Positions 51,140 to 63,201 of a stretch of DNA of 64,000 nucleotides are shown here, in pieces (the first letter of the stretch is position 1; the number at the start of each line of letters is the position of its first letter). This stretch comes from Hypanus sabinus (Eukaryota). The stretch lies in contig NC_082722.1 of assembly GCF_030144855.1 (NCBI RefSeq), forward strand, positions 1,860,001 to 1,924,000, given 5' to 3'. The position numbers were made by a program, and so were the translations under genes. A model generated the notes under the pieces. It had not been told where the DNA came from, searched no databases, and was given only the letters and a program-made list of their open reading frames with translations.

Positions 51140-51400
51140 TTCATATATATAGGAAATAGCCCCATTAGTAGGAAAAGCTACCAGTTAGTTAATTAAGAAA
51201 GAAAGAAAAAAATCAAATCAGATATGAGCATAAATGAAAAAGTCCTCTTATGTTGTTTTTCTCTCAGTCGAATGCCCGAGACCATTTAAACAGTCATACT
51301 TGAACCATGAATCATCTTTCCAAAACAAACCGATGATATGCAATAATGAACAAGTCCCCTGATCTTCATAAATCAGCCTTCATAAATCTTTCAGAAATGC
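46801..51400 (-). mobile_element. Long decayed L1-clade LINE (most of ORF2, possible ORF1 remnant)
   Basis: Endonuclease start near 50380. KAPGLDGY, RPISLMNIDAKTL, RGTRQGCPLSP and ISLYADDLL. A-rich 3' end near 46801. Many stops and frameshifts. Confidence 0.8.
51104..51150. repeat. (TA)n microsatellite
   Basis: Run of TA dinucleotides. Confidence 0.9.
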
Positions 51401-51484
51401 TAATTTCTGACCCGCCCAGGACGTCCTTAGTCCTGGAGATCCTGTTAGGTCGCCTGGAAGCTCCTATAGAGGGGGGAGGGGTAC

Positions 51485-54400
51485 CGTCATGGTCTGGTCC
51501 GTGAAGTCCGCGTTCTGGTTCACAATCCAGTCCGTGGACTCCAGACTCCTGGTCTTCTGGCTGTCACTTGTTTCACTTGGGCTTAATCATAGGGACTTGA
51601 TTCTCGTCTTGGGGCTGGGAATATAAGTAGCCCTGGGTTGGAGTGTAGGGGCGGGTTCGTCTTGTCAGTATCCTGTCCTCGACTCTGTGGGGTAAATCAG
51701 GCCGTCTTTGCCGTTACCCGGAGGCTGGACTGTTCCCCTCCCTACCCCTTATTTCAGCAACCCTCGCTTGAAGCCCGGCCTGCAGCCTCGCCTGTGTCCT
51801 CACCAGTATCGCCGTCAAGTTCAGCCGCTGGAGTGAGACCGGAGCCACGCCATGCCAACAGAATGAACTATCTATTGTTGAGCATGGAAATGTCTCTTTA
51901 TGTCCCCGTGTGTGAGTCCCGGCCCTACGTCCTCTTCCCAAGGAGGTGTCCTGGCTCTGTGTTCAGTGTTCCTGTGATCGAGTCCAGGGCTCAGTAAACA
52001 TGCCGTTTGCCACTTCTTGAATGCACTATGGTTATTTTGTTGTCTCGTATCCATCTCAGTATTCAAGCCGTTCACCGCTTCTCGAAATGACTGTCGTTGT
52101 TTTATCGTCTCGTATACAGCTCAGAAGGCAGGCCATTACCGCTACTGGAATGGACTGTCGTTGTTTGTCGTTCCGCGTTCAAGTCCAGTCCAAGTCTCAG
52201 GCTCCTAGTCAAGTCTAGTCCGTGTCCAAGGCTCCGAGGAGGTTCCGGTCTGTCTTAGGCTCCGAGGAGGTTCCAGTTCGTGTCCAAGGCTCCGAGGAGG
52301 TTCCAGTCCGTGTCCAAGGCTCCGAGGAGGTTCCGGTCTGTCTTAGGCTCCGAGGAGTTTCCACTCCGTGTCCAAGGCTCCGAGGAGTTTCCGGTCCGTG
52401 TCCAAGGCTCCGAGGAGGTTCCAGTCCGTGTCCAAGTCTCCGATGAGGTTCCAGTCCGTGTCCAAGACTCCGAGGAAGTTCCAGTCCGTGTCCAAGGCTC
52501 CGAGGAGGTTCCAGTCCGTGTCCAAATCTCCGAGGAGGTTCCAGTCCGTGTCCACGGCTCCGAGGAGGTTCCAGTCTGTCCAAATCTCCGAGGAGGTTCC
52601 AGTCCGTGTCCACGGCTCCGAGGAGGTTCCAGTCCGAGTCCACGGCTCCGAGGAGGTTCCAGTCTGTGTCCAAGGCTCCGAGGATGTTCCAGTTCGTGTC
52701 CAAGGCTCCGAGGAGGTTCCAGTCCGTGTCCACGGCTCCGAGGAGGTTCCAGTCCGAGTCCACGGCTCCGAGGAGGTTCCAGTCTGTGTCCAAGGCTCCG
52801 AGGATGTTCCAGTCCGTGTCCGAGGCTCTGATGAGGTTCCGGTCCGTGTCCGAGGCTCTGATGAGGTTCCAGTCCGTGTCCAAGGCTCTGATGAGGTTCC
52901 GGTCCGTGTCCGAGGCTCCGAGGAGGTTCCAGTCCGTGTCCAAGGCTCCGAGGAGGTTCCAGTCCGTGTCCAAGGTTCCGAGGAGGTTCCAGTCCTTGTC
53001 CAAGGCTCCGAGGAGGTTCCAGTTCGTGTCCACGGCTCCGAGGAGGTTCCAGTCCGTGTCCAATGCTCTGAGGAGGTTCCAGGCCGTGTCCAAGGCTCCG
53101 ATGAGGTTCCAGTCCGTGTCCAAGGCTCCGAGGATGTTCCAGTCCGTGTCCAAGGCTCCGATGAGGTTCCAGTCCGTGTCCAAGGCTCCGAGGATGTTCC
53201 AGTCCGTGTCCAAGGCTCCGTGGAGGTTCCAGTCCTTGTCCAAGGCTCCGAGGAGGTTCCAGTCCGTGTCCAATGCTCCGAGGAGGTTCCAGTCCGTGTC
53301 CACGGCTCCGGGGAGGTTCCGGTCCGTGTCCAAGGCTCCGATGAGGTTCCAGTCCGTGTCCAAGTCTCCGATGAGGTTCCAGTCCGTGTCCACGGCTCCG
53401 GGGAGGTTCCGGTCCGTGTCCAAGGCTCCGATGAGGTTCCAGACCGTGTCCACGGCTCCGGGGAGGTTCCGGTCCGTTTCCAAGGCTCCGATGAGGTTCC
53501 AGTCCGTGTCCACGGCTCCGGGGAGGTTCCGGTCCGTGTCCGAGGCTCCTAGGAGGTTCCAGTCCGTGTCCAAGGCTCCGAGGAGGTTCCGGTCTGTGTC
53601 CAAGGCTCCGAGGAGGTTCCAGTCCGTGTCCAAGGCTCCGAGGAGGTTCCAGTCCGTGTCCAAGGCTCCGAGGAGGTTCCAGTCCGTGTACAAGGCTCCG
53701 AGGAGGTTCCAGTCCGTGTCCAAGGCTCCGAGGAGGTTCCAGTCCGTGTACAAGGCTCGGAGGAGGTTCCGGTCCGTGTCTAAGGCTCCGAGGATGTTCC
53801 AGTTCGTGTCCAAGGCTCCGAGGAGGTTCCAGTCCGTGTCCAAGGCTCCGAGGAGGTTCCAGGCCGTGTCCAAGGCTCCGAGGAGGTTCCAGTCCGTGTA
53901 CAAGGCTCGGAGGAGGTTCCGGTCCGTGTCCAAGGCTCCGACGATGTTCCAGTCCGTGTCCAAGGCTCCGAGGAGGTTCCAGTCCGTGTCCAAGGCTCCG
54001 AGGAGGTTCCAGTCCGTGTCCAAGGCTCCAGGGAGGTTCCAGTCCGTGCCCAAGGCTCCGAGGAGGTTGCAGTCTGTGTCCAAGGCTCCAGGGAGGTTCC
54101 AGTCCGTGTCCAAGGCTCCGAGGAGGTTCCAGTCCGTGTCCAAGGCTCCGAGGAGGTTCCAGTCCGTGTACAAGGCTCCGTGGAGGTTCCAGTCCGTGTC
54201 CAAGGCTCCGGGGAGGTTCCAGTCCGTGTCCAAGGCTCCGGGGACGTTCCAGTCCGTGTCCAAGGCTCCGAGGAGGTTCCAGTCCGTGTCCAAGGCTCCG
54301 AGGAGGTTCCAGTCCGTGTCCAAGGCTCCGAGGAGATTCCAGTCCGTGTACAAGGCTCCGTGGAGGTTCCAGTCCGTGTCCAAGGCTCCGGGGAGGTTCC

Positions 54401-57400
54401 AGTCCGTGTCCAAGGCTCCGGGGAGGTTCCAGTCCGTGTCCAAGGCTCCGAGGAGGTTCCAGTCCGTGTCCAAGGCTCCGAGGAGGTTCCAGTCCATGTC
54501 CAAGGCACGGAGGATGTTCCAGTCCGTGTCCAAATCTCCGAGGAGGTTCCAGTCCGTGTACAAGGCTCCGAGGAGGTTCCAGTCCGTGTCCAAGGCTCCG
54601 AGGAGGTTCCAGTCCGTGTCCAAATCTCCGAGGAGGTTCCAGTCCGTGTCCAAGGCTCCGAGGATGTTCCAGTCCGTGTCCAAATCTCCGAGGAGGTTCC
54701 AGTCCGTGTCCAAGGCTCCGAGGATGTTCCAGTCCGTGTACAAGGCTCCGAGGAGGTTCCAGTCCGTGTCCAAGGCTCCGAGGATGTTCCAGTCCGTGTC
54801 CAAGGCTCCGAGGAGGTTCCAGTCCGTGTCCAAGGCTCTGAGGAGGTTCCAGTCCGTGTCCAAGGCTCCGAGGAGGTTCCAGTCCGTGTCCAAGGCTCCG
54901 AGGAGGTTCCAGTCCGTGTCCGAGGCTCCGAGGATGTTCCAGTCCGTGTCCCAGGCTCCGTGGAGGTTCCAGTCCGTGTCCACGGCTCCGAGGAGGTTCC
55001 AGTCCGTGTCCAAGGCTCCGTGGAGGTTCCAGTCCGTGTCCACGGCTCCGAGGAGGTTCCAGTCCGTGTCCAAGGCTCCGTGGAGGTTCCAGTCCGTGTC
55101 CAAGGCTCCGTGGAGGTTCCAGTCCGTGTCCAAGGCTCCGAGGATGTTCCAGTTCGTGTCCGAGGCTCCGAGGAGGTTCCAGTCCGTGTCCAAGGCTCCG
55201 AGGAGGTTCCGGTCCGTGTCCAAATCTCCGAGGAGGTTCCAGTCCGTGTCCAAGGCTCCGAGGAGGTTCCAGTCCGTGTCCAAGGCTCCGAGGATGTTCC
55301 AGTCCGTGTCCAAGGCTCCGAGGAGGTTCCAGTCCGTGTCCAAGGCTCCGAGGAGGTTCCAGTCCGTGTCCAAGGCTCTGAGGAGGTTCCAGTCCGTGTC
55401 CAAGGCTCCGAGGAGGTTCCAGTCCCTGTCCACGGCTCCGAGGAGGTTCCAGTCCGTGTACAAGGCTCCGAGGAGGTTCCAGTCCGTGTCCAAGGCTCCG
55501 AGGAGGTTCCGGTCCGTGTCCAAGGCTCGCAGGAGTTTCCATTCCGTTTCCAAGGCTCCGAGGAGGTTCCAGTCCGTGTCCAAGGCTCCGGGGAGGTTCC
55601 AGTCCGTGTCCAAGGCTCCGAGGAGGTTCCAGTCCGTGTCCAAGGCTCCGAGGAGGTTCCAGTCCGTGTCCAAGGCTCCGATGAGGTTCCGGTCCGTGTC
55701 CAAGGCTCCGTGGAGGTTCCAGCCCGTGTCCAAGGCTCCAAGGAGGTTCCAGTCCGTGTCCAAGGCTCCGAGGAGGTTCCAGTCCGTGTCCAAGGCTCCG
55801 AGGATGTTCCAGTCCGTGTCCAAGTCTCCGAGGAGGTTCCAGTCCGTGTCCAAGGCTCCGAGGATGTTCCAGTCCGTGTCCAAGGCTCCGAGGAGGTTCC
55901 AGTCCGTGTCCAAGGCTCCGAGGATGTTCCAGTCCGTGTCCAAATCTCCGAGGATGTTCCAGTCCGTGTCCAAATCTCCGAGGAGGTTCCAGTCCGTGTC
56001 CAAGGCTCCGAGGATGTTCCAGTCCGTGTCCAAGTCTCCGAGGAGGTTCCAGTCCGTGTCCAAGGCTCCGAGGATGTTCCAGTCCGTGTCCAAGGCTCCG
56101 AGGAGGTTCCAGTCCGTGTCCAAGGCTCCGAGGATGTTGCAGTCCGTGTCCAAGGCTCCGAGGAGGTTCCAGTCCGTGTCCAAGGCTCCCAGGAGGTTCC
56201 AGTCCGTGTCCAAGGCTCCGAGGAGGTTCCAGTCCGTGTCCAAGGCTCCGACGAGGTTCAGGTCCGTGTCCAAGGCTCCGAGGAGGTTCCAGTCCGTGTC
56301 CAAGGCTCCGATGAGGTTCCAGTCCGTGTCCAAAGCTCGGAGGAGGTTCCAGTCCGTGTCCAAGGCTCTGACGAGGTTCCAGTCCGTGTCCAAAGCTCCG
56401 AGGAGATTCCAGTCCGTGTCCAAAGCTCCGAGGAGATTCCAGTCCGTGTCCAAGGCTCCGAGGACGTTCCAGTCCGTGTCCAAGGCTCCGGGGAGGTTCC
56501 AGTCCGTGTCCAAGGCTCCGAGGAGGTTCCGGTCCGTGTCCAAGGCTGTGATGAGGTTCCAGTCCGTGTCCAAGGCTCCGAGGAGGTTCCAGTCCGTGTC
56601 CAAGTCTCCGAGGAGGTTCCAGTCCGTGTCCAAGGCTCCGGGGAGGTTCCAGTCCGTGTACAAGGCTCGGAGGAGGTTCCAGTCCGTGTCCAAGGCTCCG
56701 AGGAGGTTCCAGTCCGTGTCCACGGCTCCAAGGAGGTTCCAGTCCGTGTCCAAGGCTCCGAGGATGTTCCAGTCCGTGTCCAAATCTCCGAGGAGGTTCC
56801 AGTCCGTGTCCAAGGCTCCGAGGATGTTCCAGTCCGTGTCCAAATCTCCGAGGAGGTTCCAGTCCGTGTCCAAGGCTCCGAGGAGGTTCCAGTCCGTGTC
56901 CAAGGCTCCGAGGAGGTTCCAGTCCGTGTCCAAATCTCCGAGGAGGTTCCAGTCCGTGTCCAAGGCTCCGAGGATGTTCCAGTCCGTGTCCAAATCTCCG
57001 AGGAGGTTCCAGTCCGTGTCCAAGGCTCCGAGGATGTTCCAGTCCGTGTCCAAGGCTCCGAGGAGGTTCCAGTCCGTGTCCAAGGCTCCGAGGATGTTCC
57101 AGTCCGTGTCCAAGGCTCCGAGGAGGTTCCAGTCCGTGTCCAAGGCTCCGAGGAGGTTCCAGTCCGTGTCCAAGGCTCTGAGGAGGTTCCAGTCCGTGTC
57201 CAAGGCTCCGAGGAGGTTCCAGTCCGTGTCCAAGGCTCCGAGGAGGTTCCAGTCCGTGTCCGAGGCTCCGAGGATGTTCCAGTCCGTGTCCAAGGCTCCG
57301 TGGAGGTTCCAGTCCGTGTCCACGGCTCCGAGGAGTTTCCAGTCCGTGTCCAAGGCTCCGTGGAGGTTCCAGTCCGTGTCCACGGCTCCGAGGAGGTTCC

Positions 57401-59723
57401 AGTCCGTGTCCAAGGCTCCGTGGAGGTTCCAGTCCGTGTCCAAGGCTCCGTGGAGGTTCCAGTCCGTGTCCAAGGCTCCGAGGATGTTCCAGTTCGTGTC
57501 CGAGGCTCCGAGGAGGTTCCAGTCCGTGTCCAAGGCTCCGAGGAGGTTCCGGTCCGTGTCCAAATCACCGAGGAGGTTCCAGTCCGTGTCCAAGGCTCCG
57601 AGGAGGTTCCAGTCCGTGTCCAAGGCTCCGAGGATGTTCCAGTCCGTGTCCAAGGCTCCGAGGAGGTTCCAGTCCGTGTCCAAAGCTCCGAGGAGGTTCC
57701 AGTCCGTGTCCAAGGCTCTGAGGAGGTTTCAGTCCGTGTCCAAGGCTCCGAGGAGGTTCCAGTCCCTGTCCACGGCTCCGAGGAGGTTCCAGTCCGTGTA
57801 CAAGGCTCCGTGGAGGTTCCAGTCCGTGTCCAAGGCTCCGAGGAGGTTCCGGTCCGTGTCCAAGGCTCGCAGGAGTTTCCATTCCGTTTCCAAGGCTCCG
57901 AGGAGGTTCCAGTCCGTGTCCAAGGCTCCGGGGAGGTTCCAGTCCGTGTCCAAGGCTCCGAGGAGGTTCCAGTCCGTGTCCAAGGCTCCGAGGAGGTTCC
58001 AGTCCGTGTCCAAGGCTCCGATGACGTTCCGGTCCGTGTCCAAGGCTCCGTGGAGGTTCCAGCCCGTGTCCAAGGCTCCAAGGAGGTTCCAGTCCGTGTC
58101 CAAGGCTCCGAGGAGGTTCCAGTCCGTGTCCAAGGCTCCGAGGATGTTCCAGTCCGTGTCCAAGTCTCCGAGGAGGTTCCAGTCCGTGTCCAAGGCTCCG
58201 AGGATGTTCCAGTCCGTGTCCAAGGCTCCGAGGAGGTTCCAGTCCGTGTCCAAGGCTCCGAGGATGTTCCAGTCCGTGTCCAAATCTCCGAGGATGTTCC
58301 AGTCCGTGTCCAAATCTCCGAGGAGGTTCCAGTCCGTGTCCAAGGCTCCGAGGATGTTCCAGTCCGTGTCCAAGTCTCCGAGGAGGTTCCATTCCGTGTC
58401 CAAGGCTCCGAGGATGTTCCAGTCCGTGTCCAAGGCTCCGAGGAGGTTCCAGTCCGTGTCCAAGGCTCCGAGGATGTTGCAGTCCGTGTCCAAGGCTCCG
58501 AGGAGGTTCCAGTTCGTGTCCAAGGCTCCAAGGAGGTTCCAGTCCGTGTCCAAGGCTCCGAGGAGGTTCCAGTCCGTGTCCAAGTCTCCGAGGAGGTTCC
58601 AGTCCGTGTCCAAAGCTCCGAGGAGGTTCCGGTCCGTGACCAAGGCTCCGAGGAGGTTCCAGTCCGTGTCCAAGGCTCCGATGAGGTTCCAGTCCGTGTC
58701 CAAGGCTCGGAGGAGGTTCCAGTCCGTGTCCAAGGCTCTGACGAGGTTCCAGTCCGTGTCCAAAGCTCCGAGGAGATTCCAGTCCGTGTCCAAAGCTCCG
58801 AGGAGATTCCAGTCCGTGTCCAAGGCTCCGAGGAGGTTCCAGTCCGTGTCCAAGGCTCCGGGGAGGTTCCAGTCCGTGTCCAAGGCTCCGAGGAGGTTCC
58901 GGTCCGTGTCCAAGGCTGTGATGAGGTTCCAGTCCGTGTCCAAGGCTCCGAGGAGGTTCCAGTCCGTGTCCAAGGCTCCGAGGAGGTTCCAGTCCGTGTC
59001 CAAGGCTCCGGGGAGGTTCCAGTCCGTGTCCAAGGCTCGGAGGAGGTTCCAGTCCGTGTCCAAGGCTCCGAGGAGGTTCCAGTCCGTGTCCACGGCTCCA
59101 AGGAGGTTCCAGTCCGTGTCCAAGGCTCGGAGGATGTTCCGGTCCGTGTCCAAGGCTCCGATGAGGTTCCGGTCCGTGTCCAAGGCTCCGAGGATGTTCC
59201 GGTCCGTGTCCAAGGCTCCGATGAGGTTCCGGTCCGTGTCCTAGGCTCCGATGAGGTTCCGGTCCGTGTCCAAATCTCCAAGGAGGTTCCAGTCCGTGTC
59301 CAAGGCTCCGAGGAGGTTCCAGTCCGTGTCCAAGGCTCCGAGGAGGTTCCAGTCCGTGTCCAAGGCTCCGAGGAGGTTCCAGTCCGTGTCCAAGGCTCCG
59401 AGGAGGTTCCAGTCCGTGTCCAAGGCTCCGAGGAGGTTCCAGTCCGTGTCCAAGGCTCCGAGGAGGTTCCAGTCCGTGTCCACGGCTCCGAGGAGGTTCC
59501 AGTCCGTGTCCATGGCTCCGGGGAGGTTCCAGTCCGTTTCAATGTCTACGAGGGGGTTCCAGTCCGCGTTCAAGTTCTGAGTTCCTCGTCCAGGTCAATC
59601 CTTCTTAGTCCAGTCCTAGCCCAGGCCCTGTATCCTAGTCTTTTCCAGCGTTGTTCCTCCCCACTTTCCCTAGTACTTCAGTGTCTGTGTCTTGCATTTG
59701 GGTCCATTCCCAACCTTATGACA
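51485..59723 (+). mobile_element. LTR-like element expanded to about 8.2 kb by an internal minisatellite
   Basis: Polypurine tract GAGGGGGGAGGGG at 51469-51481, then (C)GTCATGGTC. Ends CCTTATGACA at 59723 (TGTCAT...ATGACA terminal inverted repeat). ATATAAG TATA-like box at about 51621. Confidence 0.65.
52217..59565. repeat. 30-bp minisatellite (GAGGAGGTTCCAGTCCGTGTCCAAGGCTCC), about 245 units
   Basis: Directly visible 30-nt periodicity with point variants and no spacers. Confidence 0.98.
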
Positions 59724-59861
59724 TCCACTTCCTCACCCACATCATTTATAAAAATCGCAAAGAATAGGCACCACAGAACAGATCTCCGAAGTAAAGCACT
59801 GGTCACCAGTCTCCATGCAGAATATGATAAGCTACAACTACTCTTTGCTTTCTGTGGGCAA

Positions 59862-60061
59862 NNNNNNNNNNNNNNNNNNNNNNNNNNNNNNNNNNNNNNN
59901 NNNNNNNNNNNNNNNNNNNNNNNNNNNNNNNNNNNNNNNNNNNNNNNNNNNNNNNNNNNNNNNNNNNNNNNNNNNNNNNNNNNNNNNNNNNNNNNNNNNN
60001 NNNNNNNNNNNNNNNNNNNNNNNNNNNNNNNNNNNNNNNNNNNNNNNNNNNNNNNNNNNNN
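59862..60061. other. Assembly gap (200 N)
   Basis: Run of N. Confidence 1.
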
Positions 60062-60560
60062 GGGCTACGCCCCTTGGGTCGGGCAATCCCATCACCTCGA
60101 GAGCCGTACGTGCCTGAAGCTCTCTTGCTTTTGAGCAACAGCCACGGTACGTACAGCTCAGACAGATCAAAAAATCGCGTACATCATTGAACTGTTACGA
60201 GGGGATGCCTTTATCATGAGCCACTGCCATCTGGGCCAAACGGCCGGATGTCTGTTCCTCCTTTTCGTCTTTCGTCTCCGAAAATGCGGACGGTTTTTGA
60301 ACAGCCCATTCGCGGTGAGGACGCCGCAAGGCCGCCTACTGACTCTCTCTGCCAAGGCTCGGGAAGCGTAGCGAAATACTCTATATAGTTCCGAATACTA
60401 GCAGCCGACTCTGGATGGAATAATGAGGCACTACGGGAAGTGTTTTTACGGGGTTTCTCTGACAAGATAAAAGATGAATTAGCGGCAAAGGATGAACCGA
60501 ACAGCCTGGACTGTTTGGTCTATCTGGCCTCCAGGCCAGATAATTAACTTCGAGAGCTAT
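60062..60560 (+). mobile_element. gag: Ty3/Gypsy gag fragment of sushi/PEG10-like type, frameshifted
   Basis: Joined frames read [76 protein letters not shown]. Confidence 0.7.
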
Positions 60561-61148
60561 GCCTGCCTCTTCGTGGGGTTATGTGGAACAGTCGATGCTT
60601 CAAATCTATAGTGGTACCTGCTCCCCAACTTTTCCTTCGCTACATTGACGGACTACATTGGTGCTGCTTCCTGTACCCATGCTGAGCTCGTCAATTTTCA
60701 ATCACTTTGCCGCTAACTTTCACCCAGCCCTCAAATTCACTTGGTCCATCTCGGACACTTCTCTCCCCCTTTCCTCGATCTCCTCGGTCTCCATCTCTGG
60801 AGATAGACTGTCCACTGACATCTTCTACAAACCCACTGACTCCGATAACTACCTTGATTACCTCGTCACACCCTGCCAAATGTGAAAATGCTATTCCCTA
60901 TTCCCAGTTCCTCCGTCTCCGCCGCATCTGCTCCCAGGATAAGGCTTTCCATTGCAGGACATCCCAAATGTCCTCTTTCTTTAATAATCGTGGTTGCCCT
61001 TCTGCCGTCATCAATGATGCCCTTACTCGCATCTCCTCCATTTCCCGCACTTCAGCCCTCACCCCATCCTCCCGTCACCACAAAACAGGAGACGTGTTCC
61101 CCTTGTCCTCACATACCACCCCACCAGCCTCCGATCCAGCATATTATC

Positions 61149-62382
61149 ATAGAACATAGAATAGTACAACACATTGACAGGCCCTTCGGCCCACAATGTT
61201 ATTCCGACCCTCAAACCCTGCCATCCCATATAACCGCCCATTTTAAATTCCTCCATATACCCGTCTAGTAGTCTCTTAAACTTCACTAGTGTGTCTGCCT
61301 CCACCACTGACTCAGGCAGTGCATTCCACGCACCCAACCACTCTGAGTAAAAATCCTTCCTCTAATATCCCCTTGAACTTCCCTCCCTCACCTTAAAGCC
61401 ATGTCCTCTTGTACTTAAGTAGTGGTGCCCTGGGGAAGAGGTGCTGGCTGTCCACTCTGTCTATTCCTCTTAATATCTTGTACACCTCTATCATGTGTCA
61501 TCTGATCCTCCTTCTCTCCAAAGAGTAAAGGCCCTAGCTCCCTTAATCTCTGATCAAAATCCATACTCTTTAAAACAGGCAGCATCCTTGTAAATCTCCT
61601 CTGTACTCTTTCCAAAGCTTCCACATTCTTCCTATAGTGAGGCGCCCAGAACTGGACACAATACTCCAAGTGTGGTCTAACTAGAGCTTTATAGAGCTGC
61701 ATCATTACATCGCTTCTCTTAAACTCTATCCTTCGACTTATGAAAGCTAACACCCCATAAGCTTTCTTAACTACCCTATCTACCTGTGAGGCAACTTTCA
61801 GGGATCTGTGGACATGCAGACCCAGATCCTTCTGCTCCTCCACACTACCAGGTATCCTGCCATTTACTTCGTACTCTGCCTTGGAGTTTGTCCTTCCAAA
61901 GTGTACCACCTCACACTTCTCCAGGTTGAACTCCATTTGCCACTTCTCAGCCCATTTCTGCATCCTATCAATTCCTCTCTGCAATCTTCGACAATCCTCT
62001 ACATTATCTACAACACCACCAACCTTTGTGTCGTCTGCAAACTTGCCAAACCACCCTTCTACCCCCACATCCAGGTCGTTAATAAAATACACAAAAAGTC
62101 GAGGTCCCAGAACAGATCCTTGTGGGACACCACTAGTCTCAACCCTCCAATCTGAATGTACTCCCTCCACCACGTCTCTCTGCCTTCTGCAGGCAAGCCA
62201 ATTCTGAATCCATCTGGCCAAACTTCCTTGGATCCCATGCCTTCTGAATTTCTGGATAAGCCTACCGTGTGGAACCTTGTCAACTGCCTTACTAAAATCC
62301 ATGTAGATCACATCCACTACACTACCCTCATCTATATGCCTGGTCACCTCCTCAAAGAACTCTATCAGGCTTGTTAGGCTTG
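61149..62382 (-). mobile_element. 5'-truncated CR1 LINE with 5-bp TSD
   Basis: ORF 61415..62407 carries IYMDFSKA, SGVPQGSVLGP, KFADDTKVG and LVRPHLEYCVQFW. ATAGAAC tail at 61149. TTATC at 61144-61148 and 62383-62387. Confidence 0.9.
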
Positions 62383-63163
62383 TTATCCTCTGCAACTTCT
62401 GCCACATTCAACAGGACCCCACCACCAAGAACATCTTTCCCTCTCTACCACCCTCTGCATTTCGCAGGGATCTTTCCCTCCGCAACTGCCTGATCCACAC
62501 GTCCCTCCCCGCAGTTCTCCCACCTGGTACTTATCCCTGCTAGCGCAAGTGCTACACCTGTCCCTATACCTCCTCCCTTACCACCATTCAGGGCCCCGAC
62601 CAATCCTTCCAGGTGAGGCAACACTTCACTTGTGAATCTGTTGGGGTAATCTGTTGCATCCGGTGCTCCCGGTGCGGCCTCCTCTACATCGGCGAGACCT
62701 GACGCAGATTGGGGGACCGCTTCGTCGAGCACCTCTGCTCAGTCCGTCACAACAAACAGGATTTCCCGGTTGCCACCCACTTCAACTGTGCTTCACATTC
62801 CCATTCGGATATGTCCATACATGGCCTCCTCTACTGCCATGATGAGGCCAAACTCAGGTTGGAGGAGGAGCACCTCATGTACCGTCTGGGTAGTCTCCAA
62901 CCCTTGGTATGAACATCGAATTCTCCAACTTCCGGTAATTCCCTCCCTCTCCCTTCCACCATCCCACTTTCAATATGTCGCCTCTTCTAGCTGCCTATCA
63001 CCTCTCTCATGAATCTGCTTTCTTCTACTACCCATAATGCTTTCCCCTTACATTCCTTGTACACCTCTCCTGCCTATCCCCTCCCCAACCCCTTGAGCTT
63101 TCCTCTGATTGTTTTTTTACTCTGCCCCCACGTTCTTCATGGGGCCCCTGCCCCCTCCTTCTT

Positions 63164-63201
63164 TACTCCTGACGAAGGGTCTCGGCCCGAAACGTTGACT
63201 G
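63164..63201 (+). ncRNA. Minimal type-I hammerhead ribozyme motif in Penelope pLTR
   Basis: TACTC-CTGACGA-A-GGGT CTCG GCCC-GAAAC-GTT-GACTG. Core intact, stem I has a mismatch. Confidence 0.55.

Noticed and set aside
52217-59565. CRISPR-like array
   Set aside because: Units are head-to-tail with no unique spacers, there are no cas genes, and the context is vertebrate.
52215-60134. Giant ORFs (up to 2212 aa) in several frames
   Set aside because: The 30-bp unit is a multiple of 3 and has no TAA, TAG or TGA on either strand, so all frames open automatically. No unique N- or C-terminal domain or splice context.
59803-60170. ORFs spanning the N run
   Set aside because: Artefacts of the assembly gap.
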